A stretch of 64,000 bases of DNA from Phycisphaeraceae bacterium (GTDB lineage: Bacteria > Planctomycetota > Phycisphaerae > Phycisphaerales > Zrk34), in contig JBBDRF010000059.1 of the NCBI GenBank assembly GCA_040905565.1, positions 12,871 through 76,870 on the forward strand, written 5' to 3'. Below the pieces are notes generated by a model. That model saw nothing but the letters and a program-made list of their open reading frames with translations. It was not told the DNA's origin and did no database searches. The position numbers and the translations under genes were made by a program. Within the stretch, counting starts at the first letter, position 1, and each line of letters begins with the position of its first letter. This document shows positions 1 through 9,254 of this stretch, piece by piece.

Positions 1-1494
1 TTCGAAGCATGGCTGGCCGAGCTTGATGCCGCCGAGTCCGAGGTCGCCCAACGGCCGGACCTGCGTTACCTCCGCGCCCAGGCAGCGGTGCGTCGCGATC
101 AGCACGCCGCTGCGATTCCGCACCTCACGGTATTAATCGAAACGGACGACCCCGAATTCGCTGCCCGCTCGTTGCGTCAGCGTGCCGGTCTGAACCAGCA
201 GTTGGGTCGAACCGAAGCCGCCGCCGACGATTACGCCGCCTTCGCCGCCCGTTTTGAAGATCACCCCGAAGCTCACGATGCCGCCCGCCGAGCCGTCGAT
301 CTCGCCTTTCGCGCCGGGCGTCTGGAGCAGGTGCCTCAGCTTGCTGCCGACTATCTGCGTCGCGCCGAACCGGGCGACGCCCACGCCCCAGCCGTTCGCC
401 TGCGCACCGCGCTCGCGCTCATGCAGCTGAACCGTGGCAACGAAGCGCTCGACGAACTCGCCCAACTGCTCGAAGCCGATCCCGACGAACGCCTCGCCAC
501 CATCGCCCATTATTACCAGGGCCTGCTGCTCGCCAGCCGTGCACAGCTCGCCGACGATGCCGACGCCGAGGCCACCGACCCCGCGATCGCTGCATTGGAG
601 CGGGCGCTTCAGGGGCCGCTTTCGGACAAACAGCGGGCGGAGGCAATCAACCTCACCGCGCGCATGCACCGCATGGCCGGTCGCGAGTCGCAGGCGCTCG
701 ATCTCTACGATCAACTCCGTCGTGAGCGTTCCGTCGACACCTTCGATCCCATGGCCGCCCTCTGGATCGGCCGAGGTCTGCACCAACGCGGCTCCTATGA
801 AGCAGCCCTGCCCTGGCTCGAGACCGTCATCGCCCGAGCCGAGGACAAGCCCCGCGCCCTCGCCGAGGCTCTCTACCTCGCCGGGGAGGCCCACCACGCA
901 CGCGGCGACCACGATCAGGCCGTCACCCGCTTCCGCCAGGTCGTCGCCTACAGTCAAGGCTACGGCGACCGCGGCCGACTCGGCCTCGCGCGCGCCCTCG
1001 CCGCCACCGGCGAAGTCGACGAAGCACTCAACGAATACGAAGGGCTTCAGCACGTCGAAGCCAGCGCCATCGCCGCAGCCGCCCTCCTCGAAGGCGCTCA
1101 GCACCGCCTCGCCCTCGCCGATCGCCTCGAGCGCGGCGGCGACGCCACCAACGCCCACGCCGAACGCACCGAAGCCCGCCGCCAACTCAATCGCGTCGTC
1201 ATCCTCTATGACCTGCCCGAACTCGGCTCCCTGCCCAGCGTCGCCAAGCTCCGCCTCGCTCGGCTGCTGCACGATCTGGACCGCACCGACGACGCCCGCC
1301 GCCGCCTCACCGAACTCGCCGACGCCGTCGATTCGAAACCGTTCCGCGACCTGGCGCGCGCCGAGCTCACGCTGCTCGAAGGCAACCGTGCCGACGCCAT
1401 CTCCCTCCTGCGTCAGGTGCACACCGCAGCGGAAGACGAAGCAGCCACGGCCGAAGCGAATCAGCGTCTCCAAGCTCTCGGAGAGTCCCCATGA
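1..1494 (+). CDS. Tetratricopeptide-repeat protein, 5'-partial (frame open from base 1)
   Basis: Repeated TPR-like helical units (e.g. AEALYLAGEAHHARGDHDQAVTRFRQVV). Frame 1 is open to the window edge; the stop overlaps the next ATG (ATGA). Confidence 0.8.
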   Translation, partial: FEAWLAELDAAESEVAQRPDLRYLRAQAAVRRDQHAAAIPHLTVLIETDDPEFAARSLRQRAGLNQQLGRTEAAADDYAAFAARFEDHPEAHDAARRAVDLAFRAGRLEQVPQLAADYLRRAEPGDAHAPAVRLRTALALMQLNRGNEALDELAQLLEADPDERLATIAHYYQGLLLASRAQLADDADAEATDPAIAALERALQGPLSDKQRAEAINLTARMHRMAGRESQALDLYDQLRRERSVDTFDPMAALWIGRGLHQRGSYEAALPWLETVIARAEDKPRALAEALYLAGEAHHARGDHDQAVTRFRQVVAYSQGYGDRGRLGLARALAATGEVDEALNEYEGLQHVEASAIAAAALLEGAQHRLALADRLERGGDATNAHAERTEARRQLNRVVILYDLPELGSLPSVAKLRLARLLHDLDRTDDARRRLTELADAVDSKPFRDLARAELTLLEGNRADAISLLRQVHTAAEDEAATAEANQRLQALGESP

Positions 1495-3410
1495 CCCCGC
1501 GCGAGCGGCTGTTTCTGAACCTGGCGATCCTCGTCAGCCTGCTCCTCCATGGTGCGGTCGTGTGGGCCGTGATGGACATGCAGCTGGCCGTCTCGCCACG
1601 CTCCGCGCTGTTTGAACCGCCGCCCGAGCCCACCGTCGACACCGTCCCCGTCAGCGTCCAGCGCAGCAGCGAGGAAGACATCCTCCGCGACGACGCCGCC
1701 GATCCTGCCCCCGACGCCGACCCAGCCGCTGACGATCCCACGCTCCTTCAGCAGCAGGCCGACCGACTGCTCGAGAACATCGATTTGTCGGACACGTTCG
1801 AACCCGAAGAAGCGCTGGCTGAGGCTGACGAATCGGCGGAGGAGGAACTGGCCGCCGAGGAATTGGCCCCGCTTCCCGCACCGGCTCCGCTGCCCGGCCC
1901 AGCCGCCGCGATGGACGCCACCGATGAGCTGCTCGCGATGGCCGAGCCCGTCGTTTCCGTCCCCGAGTTCGTCGCCGCCACCGACGACGTCTCCCCCGCC
2001 CCCGACGCCGACCAGTCCGATCAGCCCCAGCCGACGATCGACCCCGAAACGCTTGGCGATCTCGACGACCTCTTCGGCAGCGAATCCGGTGACATGGCCG
2101 ACGCCGACGGTACCGGTGACGCCGACGCGGTCGATCCCCTCGCAGGCCTCGCCGACTTCACCGGCCCCGGTGGCACGGGTGTCGAAGGCGGTCAAATCGG
2201 CGGCGTCCCAGGCGGCACAGGCACACGCCTCGGCGACCCCGGCATGCGAGGCGAAGGGCCCGGCGTCGGCACCGTAGGCGTCCCCGAACTCACGCAAACG
2301 CTCATCGAAACGCCAACACTCACCGACGAAGCCGACGAGCCCGTCGAGCATCTCGACGACGATTTTACCTACGAATTAAGCGCAACTCATGAGTTCGCCC
2401 GCGCACAAGGCCTCTTCGATCTGCTCGGCGTCACCGGTCAGGAGGACGAGGAAAGCTGGTTCGAAGTCCGCATCGCGCCCCGCCAATCCCTGCGCCGGCT
2501 TGAACCGCTGAACAAGGACGTCGTCTGGGCGATCGACACCTCCGCTTCCATCTCGCCCTGGTACGTTAACCAGATGCGATCCGGCGTGCGGCAGGCGCTG
2601 CGAACCCTCAACGAAGGCGACCGCTTCAACATCCTCCTCTTCGCGGAAGAGGTCCAGACACTCTCTTCCGACGGCCTGCTCGAAGCGAGCGACGTTAACA
2701 TTGAAAAAGCGAACACCTTCCTCGCCCAGGCCCAGGCCGACGGCGGCACCGACGTCAACCGCGCCCTCTCGCAACTGCTCGTCCGCGACGTGCCCCCCGA
2801 CCGCGTCTACCAGATCATCCTGCTGTCCGACGGCGTGCCGACGCGCGGCTCAATCAATCCCCGCAACATCATCGACATCATCACGCGCGAGAACGATCGC
2901 GTCGCTTCGATCTATGCCGTCGGCGTCAGTGACGAGCAGGACCGGAAACTTCTCGAACTGCTCGCCTACCGAAATAAGGGGCGTGTGGCCTATCCCGAAA
3001 ACCCGCAACAAACGGCAGCAACGATCGCGGAACTGGCGGTAAAGCTGCGTTATCCGGTGGTGCGAGACGCCGATTTTTCAGCTGCAGGCGTCGATGCAAA
3101 CAACATCTTCCCGCAGACGCCACGCGATATTTACCTCGGCGAACCGCTCAGCCTCTTCGGCCGATTCGGCGACGACGCCAGCCGCCTTTCCATGCAGATA
3201 AGTGGCATCAATCGTGAAAAAACGCTGGATATGACCTTCACGCTGGACTTCCGCAGAGCGACGCCCGGCGACGAACAGCTGCCACGCGACTGGGCCTTCT
3301 GGAAGCTGCACAACATCTATCGCCAGATCACCCGCGACGGCGAAACCAACGCCCACCGCGACGAGCTCGAGTTCCTCCGCCGCCGTTACAACTTGCAGAC
3401 GCCGTATTAA
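1491..3410 (+). CDS. Membrane-anchored von Willebrand factor A domain protein
   Basis: N-terminal TM helix (LAILVSLLLHGAVVWAV), long D/E/P/A-rich linker, vWA MIDAS motif IDTSASI, then GGTD and LLSDG. Confidence 0.8.
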   Translation: MTPRERLFLNLAILVSLLLHGAVVWAVMDMQLAVSPRSALFEPPPEPTVDTVPVSVQRSSEEDILRDDAADPAPDADPAADDPTLLQQQADRLLENIDLSDTFEPEEALAEADESAEEELAAEELAPLPAPAPLPGPAAAMDATDELLAMAEPVVSVPEFVAATDDVSPAPDADQSDQPQPTIDPETLGDLDDLFGSESGDMADADGTGDADAVDPLAGLADFTGPGGTGVEGGQIGGVPGGTGTRLGDPGMRGEGPGVGTVGVPELTQTLIETPTLTDEADEPVEHLDDDFTYELSATHEFARAQGLFDLLGVTGQEDEESWFEVRIAPRQSLRRLEPLNKDVVWAIDTSASISPWYVNQMRSGVRQALRTLNEGDRFNILLFAEEVQTLSSDGLLEASDVNIEKANTFLAQAQADGGTDVNRALSQLLVRDVPPDRVYQIILLSDGVPTRGSINPRNIIDIITRENDRVASIYAVGVSDEQDRKLLELLAYRNKGRVAYPENPQQTAATIAELAVKLRYPVVRDADFSAAGVDANNIFPQTPRDIYLGEPLSLFGRFGDDASRLSMQISGINREKTLDMTFTLDFRRATPGDEQLPRDWAFWKLHNIYRQITRDGETNAHRDELEFLRRRYNLQTPY

Positions 3411-4675
3411 GCATCCGCCGTTTCGGGGGCACGCTTCTCCTGCGGGTGCTTGTGGCCCGCCAGTGGTGCGAGCAGCATCACGACCATGGCGACGGCGACG
3501 ATGCCGGCTGTGGCGTAGGCGAAGGCGGGGGAGATCGCGGTAAACAGCGTGCCACCGATGAGATACCCGACGGCCCGTCCGCCCGCCGTGGCGGATTGCG
3601 TGAGGCCGTGGACCGAACCCTGGTCCGTCTCGCTAACCGCCAGCGAAAGCATCGCCATCACGGCCGGGACGCTGAAGCCGGTGCCGATGGCCATGAGGAT
3701 CGCCGCCGTCCAGAAGCCGCCTTCACCGGGTTGAGTCGCGATCCAAAGCAAGCCCGCCGCGAGGATTGCAAGGCCGAGCTGCGCCGTGGCCCGCTCGCCG
3801 AGGCGTTTGATGGTGGGACGGATCATACCGCCCTGAACGAACGCGCCGACGAGGCCGAACACGCTGAGGGCTGCCCCCACGCGTGCCACGGACCAGCTGT
3901 ACCAGTCGTCAGCCAGTGCCGGGAAGGTTGGGAACAGCACCGAGTAAGCGGCTGTGCCCAGCAGGCAGATCGTCAACATCCACGCCACAGCGGGGAACGT
4001 GATCAGATGTAAAAGCGACTTGGGCGCCGCAAACGCATCGCCATCAACGGGGGCTTCGTCTGCGTCCCGTTTCGCTGCGGAAGAGGTGGGGGGGGCGAGG
4101 GGGGTGGCGGGGTGGGTTTCTTTCAGGGCGAGGAAGATCAGGCCGAGTGAGGCAAGTTGCAGCATCGCAGCGAGATAACCGACGGTCGTGGGGCCGAACG
4201 TGCTGGCGATGTAGCCGCCGATGGCCGGCCCGGCCGTGAAGGCAAGCCCGAACGCCGCCCCGAGTGCCCCCAGCCCAGCCGCTCGCTTTTCGGGGGTCGT
4301 GATGTCCGACACAATTGCCGAGCCGACCACGGATTGCACCGCGAACACGCCGTACAGCGTGCGGGACAGCAGCAGCCAGATCAGGGCGGAGAACACCACG
4401 CCGTCGAGCGTCTGGCAGAGCGCCAGCAGCAGCGACGCCGCCAGTGTGCCGAGCGTGGCAACGACCAGAATGGGCCGTCGGCCGCGGCGATCGCTCACCC
4501 GTCCCCAGAAGGGGGCGAAGAAAACGCGCGGCCCGACCGACAACGCGAACAGCAGGCCGGCAACGGTCACGGTCCCGCCGAGTTCATCGGTCAACGGCGT
4601 CAGCACGGGCAACACCACGGTGAAGCTCATGCCTTCGAGAAAGACGATAAGGGCAGCAATCAGAAGTACAGGCAT
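3407..4675 (-). CDS. MFS transporter (TetA/DHA1-like)
   Basis: About 12 hydrophobic segments; MFS motif A GRVSDRRGRR and motif C-like GLAFTAGPAIGG. Confidence 0.88.
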   Translation of the reverse strand: MPVLLIAALIVFLEGMSFTVVLPVLTPLTDELGGTVTVAGLLFALSVGPRVFFAPFWGRVSDRRGRRPILVVATLGTLAASLLLALCQTLDGVVFSALIWLLLSRTLYGVFAVQSVVGSAIVSDITTPEKRAAGLGALGAAFGLAFTAGPAIGGYIASTFGPTTVGYLAAMLQLASLGLIFLALKETHPATPLAPPTSSAAKRDADEAPVDGDAFAAPKSLLHLITFPAVAWMLTICLLGTAAYSVLFPTFPALADDWYSWSVARVGAALSVFGLVGAFVQGGMIRPTIKRLGERATAQLGLAILAAGLLWIATQPGEGGFWTAAILMAIGTGFSVPAVMAMLSLAVSETDQGSVHGLTQSATAGGRAVGYLIGGTLFTAISPAFAYATAGIVAVAMVVMLLAPLAGHKHPQEKRAPETADA

Positions 4676-4774
4676 AGGACGATAAGCATAGCGGAGACTG
4701 CCGCTGTGACCAATCCCGGGGCCAACACCATCTCGATGATTTGACTTGACCCCACCCGCGACGCGTCGGGTAAG

Positions 4775-6025
4775 ATGGCGGGCATGCCCAAGCCGCTCAA
4801 GTCCGAGGTAGGCTTCACAGCCTCACGCGATGCGTGGCAACCCCCGACGAAACTCACCGACGACGCCAACAGCAACGCCACCGTCGCCGAGTACCAGTGG
4901 GACGGCATCGGCCGCCGCATCGTGCTGGCCCATTACGACGCCGGCGTACTCGATGAGACGCGGCACTTCTACTACAACGATCATTCCATCCTCGAAGAAC
5001 GCCTCGACGGCACCGCTGACATCGACATGGACCTCCAGTACCTCTGGGGCCTGCAATACGTCGACGAACTCATCGCCCGCCACGACGGCACCGACTGGCT
5101 ATTCGCCCTGCACAATGCCAACTACCGCGTCACCGCCATCGTCAACGAACTCGGCAGCGTCGTCGAACGCTACCGCTACTCCCCCTACGGCAGCCGCACC
5201 GTCCTCAACACAAACTGGACCACCCACGCCGACCCCGACGAAGGCAGCTACAACATCCGCATCGGCCACCAGGGCCTCCGCCACGACGAAACCGGCCTCG
5301 TCTACAACCGCGCACGTATGCTCCACGTCACACTCGGAAGATTCACAACCCGCGATCCGCTGGGGTATGTCGATGGGATGAGTTTGTATCAGTATGCACG
5401 TACCAATCCGTTCAAATACATTGACCTTTGGGGCACGGAGGCACGCGAACCTGGCGACACAAAGATTCGGAATGTCAGGGCCGAGGTAGTCCGGATTACT
5501 GTGACACTAGTTATGGGAGGCGACGACATCAGCTTTCCCGTTGTAGGAGAAGAGGAAGGTGAAGGAGAACAGTGGCAAGAAGACTTGATTGACGATCTAA
5601 AGGACTATATACCAGACCTACGTAATAGCGTTGATGACGTCCACAACAGACTTAGCAAATACTTTAAGAAGTTGTCTCCGCACAATTTGGCGTTTTATCA
5701 AGTAAAGGTGTCGCTAACGTACGAGATTGCATATGACAAAGGAGAATGGCGGTGTCCAGGGTTCTTACCCAGGTGGTTCGGAGCACAGCCGGGCTGGGTT
5801 TGGGAGCGAGTATCGATGGGAGAGCGTTCCATCGGTTTAGGATCCTCTGATCGTGATTTGATTCCCCTAATTCTTAACAATGCTGAAGATCTTGAGGCGG
5901 CCATTGGGCATGGCACTCAAGCAGGCAGTCGTGTTTACATGGGCATCCCAAGAGCAATAGAACAAATGGAAAGGGCGCGTGATGAAGCGGAACAACGTCT
6001 TCTGGGCAATACCGATGGTAACTAG
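4775..6025 (+). CDS. Orphan/truncated RHS repeat-associated core protein with variable C-terminal (putative toxin) domain
   Basis: RHS core motifs VVERYRYSPYG, GHQGLRHDETGLVYNRAR, GRFTTRDPLGYVDGMSLYQY and NPFKYIDLWG (DPxG-like). GC drops visibly after ~5400. Confidence 0.85.
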   Translation: MAGMPKPLKSEVGFTASRDAWQPPTKLTDDANSNATVAEYQWDGIGRRIVLAHYDAGVLDETRHFYYNDHSILEERLDGTADIDMDLQYLWGLQYVDELIARHDGTDWLFALHNANYRVTAIVNELGSVVERYRYSPYGSRTVLNTNWTTHADPDEGSYNIRIGHQGLRHDETGLVYNRARMLHVTLGRFTTRDPLGYVDGMSLYQYARTNPFKYIDLWGTEAREPGDTKIRNVRAEVVRITVTLVMGGDDISFPVVGEEEGEGEQWQEDLIDDLKDYIPDLRNSVDDVHNRLSKYFKKLSPHNLAFYQVKVSLTYEIAYDKGEWRCPGFLPRWFGAQPGWVWERVSMGERSIGLGSSDRDLIPLILNNAEDLEAAIGHGTQAGSRVYMGIPRAIEQMERARDEAEQRLLGNTDGN

Positions 6026-6533
6026 CGTTGCGGCGTTGGCCTTCTTGGGTCTCGGCGCAAGCGTTTCGGTGGACGCAACTACCGAGGGCAATCCAGAGCA
6101 CAACGAACGGCGTGTTGTAACGCAGCCGGTGGCGGAAGAAACTGTAAAGGAGCGCCAAGGCGGGCGATCTTCGTACCGTCAGTTTCGTACCGATGTTCGC
6201 GGAATACAGTTATTTGCAAGTTACAGTACTAACGCGGAAACCCCCGTCGTCGCTATTGGTTCATTGGACGACGACGGAACGCCAAGACAACTACTAGCAA
6301 TAATAATAAATGGCGATGTTGAAATGCGGCAATATTCATCGCATCCTGACCTGATGGTCGTGGAAATGAGAAGTCATCGCAATGATTATGACTTGATCAT
6401 CGTCGCTGATAGGCCAGGCGTTCATCCAATGTGGTTATTGGAATACAAAGATAAGACAATTCGTCCCGCATCTGACGAAGCGATGGAATGGTACGAGGAG
6501 CACCTCGATGTGGAGGTAGTGATGGAGAAATGA
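5982..6533 (+). CDS. Putative immunity protein with signal peptide (alternative start 6015)
   Basis: Overlaps the RHS stop, shares the low-GC composition of the RHS tip, and has a hydrophobic N-terminal leader. Function inferred from position only. Confidence 0.55.
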   Translation: MKRNNVFWAIPMVTSVAALAFLGLGASVSVDATTEGNPEHNERRVVTQPVAEETVKERQGGRSSYRQFRTDVRGIQLFASYSTNAETPVVAIGSLDDDGTPRQLLAIIINGDVEMRQYSSHPDLMVVEMRSHRNDYDLIIVADRPGVHPMWLLEYKDKTIRPASDEAMEWYEEHLDVEVVMEK

Positions 6534-6585
6534 ACTCTACGGGGACGGGTGGTCCGTAGCCGGGTGCCACACAGCAGCCCGCAGG

Positions 6586-7029
6586 GTGTCGTCTGAAGGA
6601 GGCTTTGTGCGACGGGTATTTCTGGACGTGATGGCGATTCTCGGTTTGGCGTGTTTGCCTGCGTTGGTGGTGGGGCTTTCGCACGGTGAAGCGGCTGCGG
6701 AGGCTGTGCCGCTGGAGGCGGGGCAGGTGGCCATGGCGGATGTGGCGGAGCTGGGCGACGGCTTGCTATGGGTCGATGCGCGGACGCGGGCGAAGTATGA
6801 GCAGGCGCATGTGCCGGGTGCGGTGCACCTGACGCCGAGCGGTTGGGACGAGGGCCTGAAGGAGCTGCTCGATGCGTGGCGGCCCGGGCAAGCGATCGTG
6901 GTGTACTGTGACGCTGCGACGTGTCAGGCGAGCGAGGAGGTCGCGGGCATGCTGCGTGACCTGGTGGGGTTAAGCGACGTCTACGTCCTGCACGGCGGCT
7001 GGGAGGCGTGGCAAGCATGGCAGGAATGA
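6586..7029 (+). CDS. Rhodanese-like domain protein with N-terminal membrane/signal segment
   Basis: WVDAR..YEQAHVPGAVHL, VVYCD...C, VYVLHGGWEAW. Confidence 0.85.
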   Translation: MSSEGGFVRRVFLDVMAILGLACLPALVVGLSHGEAAAEAVPLEAGQVAMADVAELGDGLLWVDARTRAKYEQAHVPGAVHLTPSGWDEGLKELLDAWRPGQAIVVYCDAATCQASEEVAGMLRDLVGLSDVYVLHGGWEAWQAWQE

Positions 7030-7036
7030 GGGTTCA

Positions 7037-7570
7037 TCAGCCCTGGACGGAGAATCCGGAGGGTTCGGGTTGTTGGGGGGTGGTGCCGATGCTGGCGAGG
7101 GGGTTGCGGGTGGGGGTGTTGGCGTAGGCGGTTGCGGCTGGGTTGGCGTTTTGCTTGGCGGCTGAGTTCGGTTCGGGGGCGTTGTGGTTGGCCATGCGTT
7201 TGATCAGCAGTTGCCAGGTTTCGCGTTCGTACTCGATGAGTTCAAGGCATTCGTCGACGATGGCGGTTTCGCGTTCCATGTTTGCGTCGACCAGCCGCCG
7301 ATAGAGGTAGTTGTAGAGGGCGGACATGCGTTCGTAGAGCTCGGGCTCGGCGTCGGGCCTGAGTGAATTGGAGAGTTCGAGGACGATTTTTTGAGCGCGG
7401 ACGAGGCCGTTGTACCAGCCTTCGAAGTCGCGGTGGGTGAGGGCGTGGCGGGCCTGGCGGCAGAACTTGATGGCACCGTCGTAGAGCATGAGCCGCAGTT
7501 CGGTCGGACCGGCGGTCAGGACCTTGGTACGCAGGTAGGGGTTTGCGGTTGTTTGTGCTTGTGCGTTCAT
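7037..7570 (-). CDS. fliS: Flagellar export chaperone FliS
   Basis: NPYLRTKVLTAGPTELRLMLYDGAIKF...LYNYLYRRLVDAN...ETW matches FliS. Confidence 0.9.
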   Translation of the reverse strand: MNAQAQTTANPYLRTKVLTAGPTELRLMLYDGAIKFCRQARHALTHRDFEGWYNGLVRAQKIVLELSNSLRPDAEPELYERMSALYNYLYRRLVDANMERETAIVDECLELIEYERETWQLLIKRMANHNAPEPNSAAKQNANPAATAYANTPTRNPLASIGTTPQQPEPSGFSVQG

Positions 7571-7770
7571 GCGATACGAGCCTCCGAGCTATGAGGGGGT
7601 ATCGGCAGGATGGCGGGGGGGACTGTAGCGGCAGATGGCGGGAGGCGACTTATCGGGCACTGTGGCGGGGGAGGGAGGGGCGAGGCGTGGTTTAACTACC
7701 ACGTTCGGCGAGTCCCCGTTACAATGTTATCAGAGCTTACGCAGGCTGATAACTGCGACGGGAGACGCAT

Positions 7771-8253
7771 ATGTGGGACAAAGTCGCCTGGTTGTTTCTT
7801 TGGGTCACCCTAGCCTTCTGGGTGGGTTGCGCTGGCGAAGATACGTTCACGCTGACCGATGAGCCGGAGATGCCGCAGGCTGGGGCCGAAGCGGTCGCGG
7901 CGGAGTCTGAGGCTGTCGAACCCTCGGCAGACCTGCGGTGGGTGGACCGTAGCGACTGGTCCCGGATCGTGATCGCTCCTGAGCGCGGGCGGGTGGCTCA
8001 CTACCCGGTTTATTACACGGCTACGGGCGATGTTCGCATTGCGGAGGACCGGCAATCGGTGCTGCGTGAGGATGGGGACGTGGCTCAGCAGGCGGAGGCG
8101 GCGATGACGGCCGACGCTCATCTGTACAGGCAGGGAGGCGGACTGGATGCGGTGATCGCACCGTTCGTTTTCGGTTTCGAGACGGCAATTTTGCCGGTGA
8201 AGATGGTTCGCACGCCGCCTTGGCAGGTCCAGTACACGCCTGATTTAGAATGA
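7771..8253 (+). CDS. Hypothetical lipoprotein
   Basis: Signal-like N-terminus ending WVGC; overlaps the next gene (ATGA). Confidence 0.6.
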   Translation: MWDKVAWLFLWVTLAFWVGCAGEDTFTLTDEPEMPQAGAEAVAAESEAVEPSADLRWVDRSDWSRIVIAPERGRVAHYPVYYTATGDVRIAEDRQSVLREDGDVAQQAEAAMTADAHLYRQGGGLDAVIAPFVFGFETAILPVKMVRTPPWQVQYTPDLE

Positions 8254-9185
8254 AGTCCGCAGCGGTTTCCACCGGCATGACAGCAGCGTCGCCATCTGGC
8301 AGCGCGGTGTTGTTGTTGTCGGCTGTGATGGTGATTGGGGGGGTGGGGGGGTGTGAGTCGGGTTCGTCGCGGGAGGTTTTGCCGGGTTTGCCGCCCGTAG
8401 CCGCTGGGGCGGAGGCTTTGGAAACGGATCAGAGCGAGGAGACGCTGACGGTTGATGCGTGGAACGATCGCTGGACGCAGGTGCTGGGGCGGGTGGTGGA
8501 TCATCGAACGGGCGGTGTGGATTACGGTCGGCTTCGCGCTGATCGGGGGACGCTTGCGGAGTTGCGTGCGGAGCTGGCGGGGGATCGAGATTTTGCGACG
8601 GAGCGGCATCGCCTGGCGTTTTTGATCAACGCGTACAACGTGCTGGTGCTGGCGGCGGTCTTGGATGAGCCTCAGCTTCCTGCGACCGTCCGCGATGTGC
8701 GGGGCTTTTTTGATGGGGAGCGTCACCAGCTCCTCGGGAAGGGGCGGACGCTTGATGAGATTCGCGACAAGCTGATTCGGCCCTTGGGTGAGCCGTTCGC
8801 CCATTTCGCCTTCACTAACGGGGCAGCGAGCAGTCCGCCGTTGCTTCACGTGGCCTACACCGCGGAGGAGCTGGACGCGCAGCTGGCGTACCAGGTCGGG
8901 CGTTTTCTCTCGGATCCTGTTCGCAATACGGCGATCGGTTCGACGTTGATGCTTTCGCCGATCTTCCGCTGGTTCAGTGACGATTTTGAAGCGGCCGCTT
9001 CGGACGGCACGCTGACGGGGTTCCTTCGTCAGCACGCGCCGACGGCGACGGCGGTGGGGCGGGGGCTCGCTCGTGAGGACGACCCGGCGATCACGTTTCT
9101 CGAGTTCAATTGGGCGCTGCATTACGTGCCGGTGCCCGATCGACCGACGGAGGATGCGGAGACGGGCGACGAATCCGAAGATTGA
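8250..9185 (+). CDS. DUF547-family exported protein
   Basis: GVDY..L, LAFLINAYN, HFAF....SSPPL, LSPIFRWFSDDF and FNWAL motifs. Confidence 0.8.
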   Translation: MKSAAVSTGMTAASPSGSAVLLLSAVMVIGGVGGCESGSSREVLPGLPPVAAGAEALETDQSEETLTVDAWNDRWTQVLGRVVDHRTGGVDYGRLRADRGTLAELRAELAGDRDFATERHRLAFLINAYNVLVLAAVLDEPQLPATVRDVRGFFDGERHQLLGKGRTLDEIRDKLIRPLGEPFAHFAFTNGAASSPPLLHVAYTAEELDAQLAYQVGRFLSDPVRNTAIGSTLMLSPIFRWFSDDFEAAASDGTLTGFLRQHAPTATAVGRGLAREDDPAITFLEFNWALHYVPVPDRPTEDAETGDESED

Positions 9186-9191
9186 AGCATG

Positions 9192-9223
9192 AAAAAAAGC
9201 AGCGCCCCTTTCGGAGCGCTGCT
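9192..9223 (-). terminator. Intrinsic terminator of galM (possibly bidirectional)
   Basis: Stem AGCAGCGC/GCGCTGCT with an A7 run on the + strand (U-tract on -), between convergent genes. Confidence 0.75.
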
Positions 9224-9254
9224 GTGGTCGAATGTCTTTGGGTTTCGTCGTTGC

